NCBI GenBank assembly: GCA_013239625.1
Contig: MU053881.1
Coordinates: 14,624,373-14,688,372 of the forward strand
Reading direction: 5' to 3'
Length of the DNA stretch: 64,000 nucleotides
Source: Lama guanicoe
Taxonomy: Eukaryota
Shown: positions 27,101 through 38,700 of the stretch, in pieces
Numbering within the stretch: position 1 is the first letter of the stretch
Layout of the letters: every line of letters starts with the position of its first letter
Program-made: the position numbers and the translations under genes
Notes under the pieces: generated by a model
Database searches by the model: none
Told to the model about the DNA's origin: nothing
The model's input: the letters and a program-made list of their open reading frames with translations, nothing else

Positions 27101-29051
27101 CAACACCAGAGCTTAGCACAGCTTTGTGGTAGCGCCTCTCAAATGGTGATGAGTCTAAACTCACCTCTTAGAGCTTTTCACAGTTGGGTTGACAGGCTTC
27201 CTTCAGGGGCAGGAATAGGTGACCTAAGAGGAAAGCAAGATTTTTTTAGGTCATCTTTGTACATTTACAGCTCCTTCAAAGCTTTAGATGGTTTAGCAGC
27301 CTCAATGTGAAAGTTGCGTGTTGCCATTGAGTGCTCTGTCGCATAAGAAAACTAAACTTTAAGCCCACGGTGAGCCCTGAGGGAAGCCCATGGAATCCCC
27401 AGGTGCTTGACACACACCAGTGCAGGCATCCATGGAGCTCTGTCTCTGGGGTGAAGCAGCATGGCGCCGACTGAGTCCATCCTCCCATTTCAGTGCTGTG
27501 AAGAACCTTGTCGACAGCAGCGTCTACTTCCGCAGCGTGGAGGGTCTCCTCAAACAGGCCATCAACATCCGAGACCACATGAACGCCACAGCCCAGGGCC
27601 ACAGGTAGCTCCCGGGACCACCCTCCCCTGCTGCTCTCAGCCTCCTTGCTGTCAGGACCTCCGCTGCTCAGCCAGGACCTGCCACTGCTCGCTCCTTAGA
27701 CAACTCCCTTTCTTTGTCTCACGATGTCTCGTGACTTCCTCTTGCCCTTTGGCGTCTGTAGCAGGAGAGTTCAGTCTCTCAGCACCCAGCTCCTGAGCTC
27801 TGCCGGGTGCCTGGCCCTGGGCTGGGTGCCAGGGACATGGCAGCGACCAAGACAGGTGTGCCCATGTTCTCACAGGGAGACGCACGGCAACCAGGTAAAC
27901 ACGGAACAGACAACATTTCAGACGTGCGTAAAGGAAGAGGGCTGTGGGGGTCTCTCTGAGGAAGTGACAGAGGTGTGAGCAGAGGCTTGAATGACATGCG
28001 GGCAGAGGTGACCCAGGGTCAGTGTTCCAGGCACTGTGGTGGCAGGGGCAGAAGCCCTAGGCCTGGTGAGCTGGGTGTGGCTGGAGTGGGTGCACGAGGG
28101 GGAGGCGAGGTAAGGGAGGTGGGCGGGGCCTCGAAGGCAGCAAGGAGGCTGCCCAGAGCTGAAAGAGGCTTTGAGGCGATGACCAGATGGTCTAGAAATG
28201 AAAAATATTTATAGTTCTTGCGACTGGGGAGAGAGATTTTGGAGAAGTAGATCTTTTTGGTCTTGTTTTCATTGTAACTTAATAAACATGCATTTGTGCA
28301 TACATGCACATGCTGTAAGCCTTGAGATGTGTCTGGCCCTGCAGTTTCGGGTTCTGGCATGCCTGTCCCCGACCAGGCATTTAGAAAGAAAAAAAAAAAG
28401 CCTCTGTGTTGCTATTTGTGATAACCAAGACACAAGAATCATCAAAAACAAAAAAGCCTTGTGAATGTGTAAGAATGGATGTGTGGTGACCTGCACATGA
28501 GGGTGGCATGAAGAGGGGTTCACCTGGGATCATTTGCACCAAATAACCAACTGGCTCTGGCTGCTCGGCCCCAGGCTGGTGACAGCCATTAGGACTGGAG
28601 TTCACTATGTAAAGCGCTTTGCACAGCACACCCCTACACACAGTAGGTCCTTGAAAAACCATAGCCTTTACTTTCAACGCAGTTTCCCAAGTGCTTCCAA
28701 AAAGCCCTCCTTGTGCCTGCTGTTGTGAAAATACATGCTTCTGAAAGACACTAGTGGCAGCCTGAGTAGTAGCTGTTTACCTGCTAAGACCTCTCTTTGC
28801 AAGTCCTGGGCGTTTGAAGCCCCCAGTCCTACGTGAGTACCAGCCATGACCTCTGAAAGTGGGTGGCTGGTCCCATTTTTACAGAGGCTGCCCTGAAGGC
28901 TCAGGCCAGGGGTCTTGGGGGACTGGAGCACGACCCCAATGTGCAGTCCAGGCTAGCCGAGCAGGCCTCAGGGCCTCTGACCTCAGTCTCATGGACATTG
29001 CACATGTTTTGTTCCAGCCCTGAGGAACTGCCCCCGCCCTCCTCGGCCTGA
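20995..29051 (+). CDS. BORCS8: BLOC-1-related complex subunit 8 (MEF2BNB), 119 aa
   Basis: Exons 20995-21031, 23744-23856, 24331-24395, 27494-27604 and 29018-29051 total 360 nt: MEEPEMQLKGKKVTDKFTESVYVLANEPSVALYRLQEHVRRSLPELAQHKADMQRWEEQSQGAIYTVEYACSAVKNLVDSSVYFRSVEGLLKQAINIRDHMNATAQGHSPEELPPPSSA*. Exon 5 continues to a donor at 29093. Confidence 0.97.
21493..21874 (+). mobile_element. Unidentified retroposed insertion with a 19-bp target-site duplication and (AAT)n/(AAC)n/A tail
   Basis: Perfect direct repeat AAGTCACAAGTACATTTAA at 21474-21492 and 21875-21893; A-rich microsatellite tail at 21803-21874. Confidence 0.75.
22480..22692. mobile_element. MER3/MER33-like hAT DNA transposon relic
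   Basis: CACATTTCAAGTGCTCAGTAGCCATATGTGGCTACCATATTGGACAG; a related fragment lies at about 25960-26100. Confidence 0.65.
24800..25320 (-). mobile_element. Old L1 3' fragment
   Basis: Antisense L1 3' motifs TTTCACTTAGCATAAT, GCTGAATAATATTCCATTG and TTGATGGACATTTGGGTTG. Confidence 0.8.
26260..26365 (+). mobile_element. Second tRNA-derived SINE of the same family with target-site duplication
   Basis: Homologous to 19492-19612 (TAGCTTAGTG...GGGCTCAATCCCCAGTAC), A-tail; flanked by CTGAAAGATGT at 26246-26256 and 26366-26376. Confidence 0.85.
26757..27060 (-). mobile_element. L1 3' end with a (CTTTT)n tail-derived microsatellite
   Basis: (CTTTT)n at 26757-26816, then TTGAAGTATAGTTGATTTACAAT, the antisense end of laurasiatherian L1; homologous to the copy starting at 46901. 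Confidence 0.8.
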
Positions 29052-29614
29052 TCCCAGAAGAGACTTGGAGGTGCTTTGGCCCCTCTGACCCAGGTCAGTG
29101 CTAAGCGGGGCTGTAAGCCTCTCTGTGCTCCGTGCTCTGAACTAACCCACGCTCTTGACATCCAAGAAGGGACCTGCTCGACTAACCAGTTGGGCTTTCT
29201 TCCTAAGCTTGTAAGATGGTTTTATTAGTGGGAGGCTGGAGTGGAAGGGGACCTGTGCCCTCTGCTGCTCAGTCCTTTGGTCAGCCCATCTCCCTTGTGC
29301 TCTCTCTGCCATCTTCCTGCCCCTTATCCAGGCCATAGGCCCTGTCCCATTCCAAAGGACCCCCGTCCCCAGAACAGGGAGGGGAGCCCACATTTCCCCA
29401 GCCTGGCCACATGCTAGCTGCTTGCTTTACCCACACGCATTGTCTCAGGCAGAGCCCAGCACAGCAGGTATCCACCCCTCTCTGGAATCCTCGCTCCACT
29501 ACTGATCTGCCGTGTGACCCTGAGTGAGTCCCTCCCCACTCTGGTCTCTGCTTTTCCCTTCTGTCAAAGTGGTTCATTAGGCGGCAGAGCGGGTGCTGCC
29601 ACATACAATGATGT

Positions 29615-30060
29615 GTGTTAGAGCAGTCAGCTACTGTTGCATGACAAACTATCCCAAAACTTAGTGGCTTATGATGCCAATCACTTGCCTGCTAACAGTT
29701 CTGCCATTTGGGCTGGACTCAGCCAGGCAGTTTTGTTGGGCTCAACTGGGGGCCACTTGTGGCTCTTGTCAGAGCTTGATGGGGCCAGATAGGCAGAGGT
29801 AGCCTCACATCTGGCCCTTGACTGGTGCGGTCTGCTGCAGAGGTCAGGGAACAGGTCTAATTCTCCACATGGCCTCTCCAGCAGGCCAGCCCAGGCTTCT
29901 CCTGGGGGTTGGGCACCCAGTTGTACACATGTTCATCCAGCCTCCCCTTGCTTCACGGTTACAGATGTCCCATTGGTCACAGCCAGTCACGTGGCCAGAA
30001 CCAGGACCAGATGGGCGAGGACTGCAGGAGGGCTTCAGGACTGGGAGGTGTAGTTGACCA
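29615..30060. mobile_element. MaLR (MLT-like) LTR relic
   Basis: CCCAAAACTTAGTGGCTT start and CCCATTGGTCACAGCCAGTCACGTGGCC end, typical of MLT1; a similar relic lies at about 61455-61810. Confidence 0.55.
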
Positions 30061-32954
30061 TATGAGGAGAGCATGGCGCCAAGAACAGCCTGGTGTCTTG
30101 TTATTCTGTGCTCATGCGGGCAAACATGGGCAGATTGGAGGTGCCTAGGGGACTTACTGAGCCCCTGGCTTGTGTAGCTTTCGGAGCCCCCTGCCCATTT
30201 GCTGTGATGGTTCTCCGTGCTGTGGAGGCCCTCTCAGAGGGTCAGGGGAAGCATGGGTGAGCACAGGGCCCCACAGCACCTAGAACAGCAGTTCCAAGAG
30301 CCAAGAGGCAGCCAAGAGGCAGCAGAATTCATGGGTGTGCAGTCAGAGAGTCTTATTGGGCCCCTGCTGTGTGCAGGGCCTAGCTCTGGGAAGAGGGGTG
30401 GCGAGGAATCCCACAGGCTGTGGGATCGCCTGGGGAACATCTGGGAGGGCCTGGAGCAAGAGGGGCTGCTAAGGGGGTCAGAAAACCCACCGCATTTCTC
30501 CACCCAGTGTTGCCCACCAGCCCTGGGCCCAGACCCCACCATCTCCCTGTTCTATACCTTGTGCCCTGGTCCCTCTCACCCTCGAGCCTCAAGGATGCTG
30601 TGCTGCTGCCCTCCCACACCTTCCACACCCAGTGTGTTCCTCCTGCTCCTGCCTGGAGCCTCCAGGCCAGCTAGAAACATGCTGGATCATCTGCTGTCCC
30701 TCCACTGCTGTGCCCCTTCAGAACGAAATGCTCTGGGGCTCCTATCCCACCTTTGTCCCTACAGACCCTGCTCTGTTGCTCCACAGAACTGCGGCCCCAC
30801 TCTCCTCTCTCAGAGCCTCCACCCCCACTTTCCCCCAACCTGTTGCCCCTGGGATTGTAGGTGACCTTCACAGGGTCAAGTCTTGGCCTTCCCTGGTTTC
30901 CCCTACCTCTCCAGGCCCAGGGCTGTACACACAGCCCCATTTTACAGAAGAGGAAACTGAGGCTCAGAAAGGCAAAGCAGGGTCACTGCCCATGACCAGA
31001 AATGCCAGGATTCACACCCAGACCCTCTAACCCCCAGTGCTTCACCTCTTCCTCTGGCCCCACCCAGGACCCTGCCTCAGCTACCACCTCATCAGGGCTA
31101 CCCTGCCACCCTGGGGAGTCTCTCAGACCTTGCCTTGACCCATCTCCTGCCCCTCAGCTCCTCCAGAGCTGGGCCTTCGTACACAGTCTTGTGGGACTTG
31201 GAGGGGACCGAAGACCAAGCAAGTGTGGCCAGCGTGTTCCTTCTGCTCCTGCCTGGGGCCTCCAGGCCAGCCGTGAATGTCCTGAGACAAGGCTTTGCTG
31301 CCCCTGGACTCTTACCTGCCCGCCCATTGATGGACACGGCCATGGCCATGGCCCCTTGGACCAATAACTGCCACCATGACAATCCTGATCACACACCTGC
31401 CATGTGCCCAGAGCTGTGCTGGGAACTTCACCAAGGCCATCTTTCATCCTCAGACAGCCCTGTAAGGCAGATGTCACCCCAAATACAGATGGGATAAGAG
31501 AGGCTCTGAGATACGGCATGATTTGTGTGAGGTCACACAACTAGAGAGAGCAGACCCCAGCCTAGTTTGGCCCCAGCACTGCCTCTGACATGCTGTGTGA
31601 TATGGGGCCTCATGCTGACCCTCTCTGGTCCTACCTTTTTCCACCTGGACAAGGAAGCCTGGACTGGACCTTCTTTACAGGCTGAGGCAGACATTTGTGT
31701 ACCTGCCTGCCTGGACTGCATTCTGTCTCAAGAAGAAATGCCCACCACAAGCTCAGGTCATATGGAGAAGCCACCCTAGCTCCAGGGGTGGCCTGGCTAA
31801 TCAGAACCCCCCATCTCCCAGGTCACAGTGATTGGTTTGAGATGGGTATGTGATCCAATGGGAGGTTTCCCCTGGAATTTTGCTGGAAAAGTGCAAAAAG
31901 TACCATCTTCCTTCTGTGGTTGTTGAGCTGGGCAGATAGAAGGGGCAGCCTGAGAACATTGCATGGGGCCCTGGATCCAGCTGTACCTGATACTAGCAAA
32001 TCCCAATTCTTCAGTTTCACGAGTCCCTAAAATTTTTTTGCCAGAATTATTTTGAGTCTGTTTCTGCTGAGTTCAGAAAAGCCCACACTGATCCCTGGGA
32101 ATTCCAAGCCTGGGAGATCATGGCCCATGGTTTGTACACGTCCAGGGCCAGCTGTGTGCCAACACAGTGCCCTGCAAAATGTATCGGGAAGGTCAGAATG
32201 GAGTCGTTGAGGGTATAGCCAGGATGGGTCCCAGGCCCACTGCTCTGGGAGGATCTCCCCCAGCTTGGCACTGTGAAGTGATTTGGAGAGAAGGGTGGCA
32301 AAGACACCAAGAGGTGTATCTAGGGGGTGTCAGGGCTGTGGAAGGACTGAGGGCCTGGCAGGGGGTTCAGGGACACAGGAGGTATTGAGAAATAACCACC
32401 TCCAACCACCAGGCAACAGGACCAGCCCTTTCTCCTAAGGTGTACTAGGAGCCTGCCACCATCCTGCCTTCCCACTGCCCCAGCTCAATTTAGGGGGAGG
32501 GAGGAGCCTCAGGTTCACCCTATTTTAGGCCCTGACTGGTGTGTGACCCCCATAGAGTCACTCCCTCTCTTTACCCTCTCTGAAGGCATCTCTCATTGTC
32601 CATCTGTCCTTCTACCATGCAGCCATTTATCCAGCAAACACTGGCCACCCTCTCTGAGCTGGGTCCTGCCTCTCCAGCGGATGTCCTGATGAGCCAGACA
32701 GGCCAACCCTGGCCCCAGGGCACAGACCCAAGGGACATAGGGGCAGCTCAGTGAGGTAACTGTCCAGGGGCGGCCCTGGACAGGTCAGGTGCTTTGAGCC
32801 TAGTGGGGGGCAGTCATGAGGTGTCCTAGACTTTTCTAGGGCTCCCTGTCACGCACAGCCCTGAACGCGACTTCAGCCCACGACTAATATATCCTCTCAA
32901 AGAGGTCTGTGGAGGACTCTAGGTTGTCAAATTCCCCACCACCCCAAGTCCTAG

Positions 32955-33490
32955 GGCTTACAGAGGTAATGGTTAATTTGCGTTTCATTTATGCCACCTT
33001 GCCCTTCGTGCCTGGCGAATGTCCTGCCCCTGCCGGCCGCCAGGGGACGCAAGAGGCAAAGCCTTGGCCCAGCACTCTGCCTCCAAACGGTCGTTGTCCG
33101 CAGTCTTGGCTGATACTGGAGGGTGGATCGTAACCCTCTGCCCTTTTTCACCTTATACGTCCTTGCTTCAGAAAGTGAACCAAGGCTCCGCGAGGCCAGA
33201 TTACCCAGCAAGACCTCGCACCAGCTCCCATACGCTGGCAGCCTTACCTCCCCAGAGTGGAGGGAGTGGGCATTCCCAGATCCTGCTCACTAAGACTCCC
33301 AGAAATAGGTAGATGGCCAGGAGAGAGGCAGGTAGCTCCCCGTGGCACAGAGCACTCAAGCAGGGAGTCTAGCACCCATAAGGGTGGGGGCCGCCTGGAA
33401 AGGATCCCTGGGTAACATGTTGGATGCCCCACCCGGGCTCCTTCACATCTGTGGATGGAGTAAAAGGAGGCCCAAGACGGCTGCGACTTG
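32955..33490 (+). other. BORCS8: Candidate BORCS8 terminal 3'UTR exon
   Basis: Acceptor CCTAG| at 32954, variant poly(A) signal AGTAAA at 33459-33464, T-rich sequence downstream. The exon-5 donor at 29093 needs a downstream exon. Placement is inferred. Confidence 0.35.
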
Positions 33491-35489
33491 CCCCTGGTTG
33501 GTCCACAGTGGTCAGAATGGGAATCAGACTTGAGTTTTGGCTTTTTTTTTTTTAATTGAAGAGTTTTGGCTTTTTGTTCTTAGCCCCTTAGATCCAAATC
33601 CTGGTTTTTATTTCAGACCTGCTCTGCACTCTCAGAGGATCCTGCTCTCTGAGCAAACAGGCTCAGAGGGGTGAAGTGACTGGCCAGAGGTTGCACAGCA
33701 AGTGGGAGTCGGAGCTGGGATGGGGACTCAGGGTTCTGGAGCCCTGAAGCCCTACCTGGTGGACCACACTATTCTTACCTTGGAGGGTCATTCAAAGCCT
33801 TCCCCTGCTGACATTCTTGGAGAGGATTTGGTGGAGGGAGACTTGGGAGGGAGTAGCTTTTGTATCTCCTCACCTCCTCACCCCTGCCTCCACTTGCCCC
33901 TACCTTCCTCATCTTCCAGGCCCCCTTCCCAGATCTCCCTCTGTGGCCTTTTCCATTCCCTTCTCCCCTTAAATATCCCTTTCAACCCTCCAACCTCTTA
34001 TTCCAGCAAATAAGGGTATCCCCTCATCTGAGAAGACTGAGGTTGAACCTCTTGATTGCCCCAGTGGGGGATGGAGGTCCACATGGGGTAACATAGCCAG
34101 TGATGGAGAATACAGTACAGGAAGAGAGGCAAAGGCAAAAAGGAGGGGATGTTACAGGAATCATAGTGTGAATGATAGAAATGGAATCGATAGAATGATA
34201 GAAATGGGAAGGGAGTTTGGGAACATGAGTGGTGGAAGGAGGCAACATGGCAGGGGCAAGAACACGGGAAGGAGCCCCAGTGATGGGGGGCAAGAGGTGT
34301 GGCCCATAGTGGACAGCCCCAGCCGGCTCAGCTCAGGCCGCTCCCAGGGCTGCTCCCAGAGCTGCTCCAGCTGCCGCCCTCACGTAACCAGAGCCTGCCT
34401 ATTGCATCAGAGGCAGGCGGGCGGCCTTGGGTAAACAGAACGGCCCTCGAGGGGCCCGGGGCCTCCCCAGCCACCTCCATATCCCCAAGCCTTGTTCTGT
34501 GCCTTGGAGCCCAGGCAGAAGCCCCCAACCTGGCCTGGGCCCTGGTGTGGCCTTGGGACACTTGAGTGTCTGGTGTTGGGCACTAAGGGACAGCAAGGGC
34601 GGGGTGGGGGAGGCAAGACAGACCCCTAATCCCACCTTTTTATGACACAGTGCAAACTCTAGTTTTTATATCCAAAGAGAAATCCATGCCCAGGCTAGAG
34701 GTCCACAGTGCCCATGTCACAGTGGGGGAACTGAGGTGTGGGGAGAGGCAAAATCTTCTTAAGGTCTCGGTTTCCTTCCCCAGTGTCCCCTACACACTGA
34801 TATCTCCACATGCTCCCCACCAAGTCCAGAGGCCCAGCCATCTCCTGTTGTCTTCTGAGAAGGTGGACATCAGGCAGCCACTGCAACCCACCTGCTCTCT
34901 CCTTTTCATCTGCCCCAAATGGACCTCCCCATCCTACCTCATGGCTCCATCTCCCAGCCTCTCCGTGGATGCCTAGCTCAGTCTGCTTCCACTCACTACT
35001 CTGGCCTCATCTCCCTCATCGTCCTCCACCAAAGACTATTCTGCAGCCTTTCTCTGCATCTTTGCAAGTCCTGTTCCCTCTTAGAAAACCCTTCAACCAG
35101 TAGCAAACTCCTACTCATGCTTCAAGGCCTGGTACAAATGTCCCCTCTTTGGGGGCAGCCCTCCCTGACCCCTCTGGCCCAGCTGCAGGAGGCACAGCTG
35201 GAATAGTCCACACAGCGACCCCAGAGCCCCTTTCTGCAGTCCTTCTATTTGAAAGAGCAAGGGTTAGGGATGGCTTCGAGAAGCCCTCGGTCCCTGGGGC
35301 CTCAGGGTCCGGGATCGGAGATATAGTTCATTCAGGTTGGAGTAAGTCCAGGAGCTAGCAGTGGTTAGAGTCAGGGTCCGAATTAGGGTCAGGGTCAGCA
35401 GTAAGGTCAGGAGTGACCAGTGACAGGGTAGGAAGCCTGGCACGTCTGATCCAGCCCTCTCCCGGGTCCTCCTCCCTCACTGTACTCTC

Positions 35490-35738
35490 CTCCCCTAACC
35501 TCTGCGTCTTCCCGCGTCTAAGTACCGGGCCCCAGAACTCGCGATGCTGGGCCACGCCCAAGTGCCCGCCCGTCGCCGCCTGCAGACACGCCCTCTATGC
35601 AAACTACCGCCCCGGCCAATCAGCTCCTGGGGGCGGGGCCTCCCACTCTGAAGGCACCTGTGGCCGCCGGGGCGCTCGGAGCTCTGTGCCGCTGCCGCCG
35701 GGTCGGTGCGCGAGCGTCCGAGGGTCCAGGTGGAGCAG
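35490..35738 (+). promoter_or_regulatory. MEF2B CpG-island promoter and non-coding exon 1
   Basis: CCAAT box GCCAATCAG at about 35615, GC box at about 35630, near-octamer ATGCAAAC at about 35597, donor CAG|GTGCGT at 35738. Confidence 0.7.
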
Positions 35739-38700
35739 GTGCGTGTCGCGTCGGGCCGAGGCCTGTGCCGTGTCCTTTGAATAGCTTCTGTGGGCTGGGT
35801 TGAGTTTGAAGGTCCGACTGTCTTGCTATGCATCGGAGAGTTGTCTAAGTAGTGTGCGTCCTAGAATTGGGAATTTGAGAGGCTGTGTGTCCCAGGGGTT
35901 GTGTGTCCAAAGGGTGTGTGTCCAAGGGTTGTGTTTCTGAGAGGTTGTGTGTACCAAAAGATGAGTGTCCAAGGAGTTTCATGTCCAGGAGTTATGTCTG
36001 AAGGAGAGTGTATCATGTCTGAGGGCTTGTGTGTCCAAGGGGAAATGTGTCTGAGGGTTTTCATGTCAGTTCGGGAGTTGTGTGTATAAAGTTGTGTTGC
36101 CATGAGCCCCTGGTATGCGTCTGTGAGCTGCATGTCAGTAAGCTCCAGTGTCCCCATTTCCTGGGGCACACTCCTTTGCACATCCTAGAGGCCCCTGTGC
36201 ACAACCCCATGCCTTCCTGCTATGGGTATGCCCTCGTGTGTCAAGGCCCCAGGCCTGAATGTGGCATGACATCCACATGTGCCTGGGACCACCATGACCT
36301 TCACCCACCCATGGGGCCTGCACTTCATGCAGCAAATGTGGGACCTCAGCTGGGCACTCAGGGTACCTGTGTAGCTGGGGGCAGGGCAGTGGACATGGAG
36401 CCCTGAGTGGGAGACCACAGCTGCCTGGGCCGCCCCCTCCCCATGACTCAGTGTCCCCATCTGGGACATGGGTATGGGAACAATAGTCATAGCCCTCTGA
36501 GTGTCAGCACATGACAAGCTGGTGGCTGCGTAACTTTCGTGGTCATGGTCTCCACCCTCTGCCTCTCAGGGTCCAGGGCAGAGATGTCACCAACTGGGGT
36601 CCCTGGCTATTCCCTGTCCGCAAGCTGCATACCCAAGAAGTGAGGAATGGCTGAGGCCTCATGCCCGGCTTTGCTGAGAATCCTCACTGGGGATGGTCAG
36701 GACCTCTGGATTTGGCATCCAGGGATGAGAACTCTCAGGCTCTTGGGGTGAAGAAAATGGGGTTCAAAAAGGTATTTAGACTTGAAAGGACAAATGTGTG
36801 GGGTTTGATTCCAAAGGTCAAAGGGGCTTTGGGAGAAGTCAGCCTCGCTCCCTCCTGTCCCCATACCTGCCTTCCACCACCTGTCTGAGTCAAGAAGTGA
36901 ATCTTGGCCTCCAGGGAATGGAATTTGGGGACATTTAGGGTCCTGGGGTCTCACCTGCAAGAGCTGGAAACTGGTTATCTGGTCTGAAGCTGCCACTTGG
37001 TAGGAGGGAAAACTGAGGCCAGGTGGAGACACGGCTGCCCCTCAGTTCCCAAGAGAACAAAAGCCAGGAATGAGGGGCCCCAACTTCCTCTCTCCCCTCA
37101 GACAGATCGCTGCCCCTTTCTAAGCTCTCTGGCTGCTCCTGTGACCTGAAAGCAAGTACAGCCCAATCTTACTTCCCATCTCCAACTAATGATTTATTTC
37201 ATTAAATCATTACCCAACCAGGAAGACATCTGGAGAATGCAAATTAGAGGAGTAAGGGAATGAAAATAATTTGTCACCTCAACTTAGATGCAATGAGTGT
37301 AGACATGTTGGGGGTCTGACCTTCTGGAAGATTCGAGGCTCATGTGCACCTGGAGACAGATGTCATTTGTCGGAGAGGATTTATCATATGCCTGGGATCC
37401 CGTTTGGGGTCAGAGAGGTCACCCCAGCCCTGGCCCATGAATCTGCATGGGGTGTACACAGAGGTTGGGTCCCATTTCTCAGCCCCCACAAGGGCCTCCC
37501 TAGGCCTGCATCTTAGGGGCTTGTGAGGCTGCCTGTTGCCCCCAGGTGACCCAAGAATGAGTGTCTCGGACCCCACTGATGCCCAGGCCCACTTTCTAGA
37601 CTGGGCAGCGGGGAGGGTGAGTTAGGGGTGCAGCCGGACAACCCTGGGGTACACGCCCACGCTTGAGTGAGGATCTGGGGTCCTGCCGAGTGGCTCTGGG
37701 GAGAAGCCCGCTTCCTCCTGTGTAGTAGAACCGGGTCAGCTGTCTCCGCTTCACTGGGCTATCTGAGTCAGGCTGGTCCTGTGTGTAAATGAGGTGGAGC
37801 GTGGGCCCGGGCAGACAGTAGGCACTCAACAACAAGAGGTGCCATCTGAACTATGATCGAGTGGATGTGCCTCTGAGCCCCATCCAGGCCCACCCTCACC
37901 GCCCGCTCCCCCTGGGGCCAAGCAGGCTCAGGCCTTTCAGCTTCTCTGTCCTGATCTCCTCCAGGTTCATGTTCACTGGAGGTTGAAGTAGAGTCCTCGG
38001 AAGGGAACAATCCAAGCAGGTTGTCATAACGAGTCACTGCTGTGGGCACAGGACTGCCTCTATTCAGTTTCCACAACCAAAGACTCCACCATCTCCCTCT
38101 GGATGCTGTCCTGGCCTCCTGCTCCCATAGGGCTTCTCCCCACAGCAGCCACAGGGTCTTCTGAAAACCCTGAATCATACCACAGCCCTCCCTCCCCTGC
38201 TCATACACCCTCCATGGCTCCCCACTGCTCTATAGCCCACTCTCTTACCTGATCTCTTAGGCCCTTAGGCCCTGCTCACCCATCCATACCCAGCCATACC
38301 AGCCACCCCCATACCTGGAACGCACTGAGCATGTTTCCACCTCAGAGACTTTGCATCTGCCATACCTTCTACCAGGCAACCTCTCACCCACATCCCTTCA
38401 TGGCTGGTCTCCTTTCATCCTTGAGGTCCCCTTTTCAGAAAGCCCCTTCTGGCCTCTTTGTCCAAAGCAGCTCCCTCCCTGCCACCCCTCCCCACTGCCT
38501 CCCCCTATTGAATTTCTTCATCAGAGGCCTCTGTCCCTGACACAGTTATGTGTCTGTCTCCCCAACCAGACTGGGCAATGGGGAAGTCCAGGCTGGGTCT
38601 CTCCATTCCCTGTCCTTGTATCCCTGGCACCTTGGTAAGCTCCCAGACATTTCTGGGGGAAGAAAGTGGGGACCAGGGATGCCCCAAAGGCCCCATCTTA

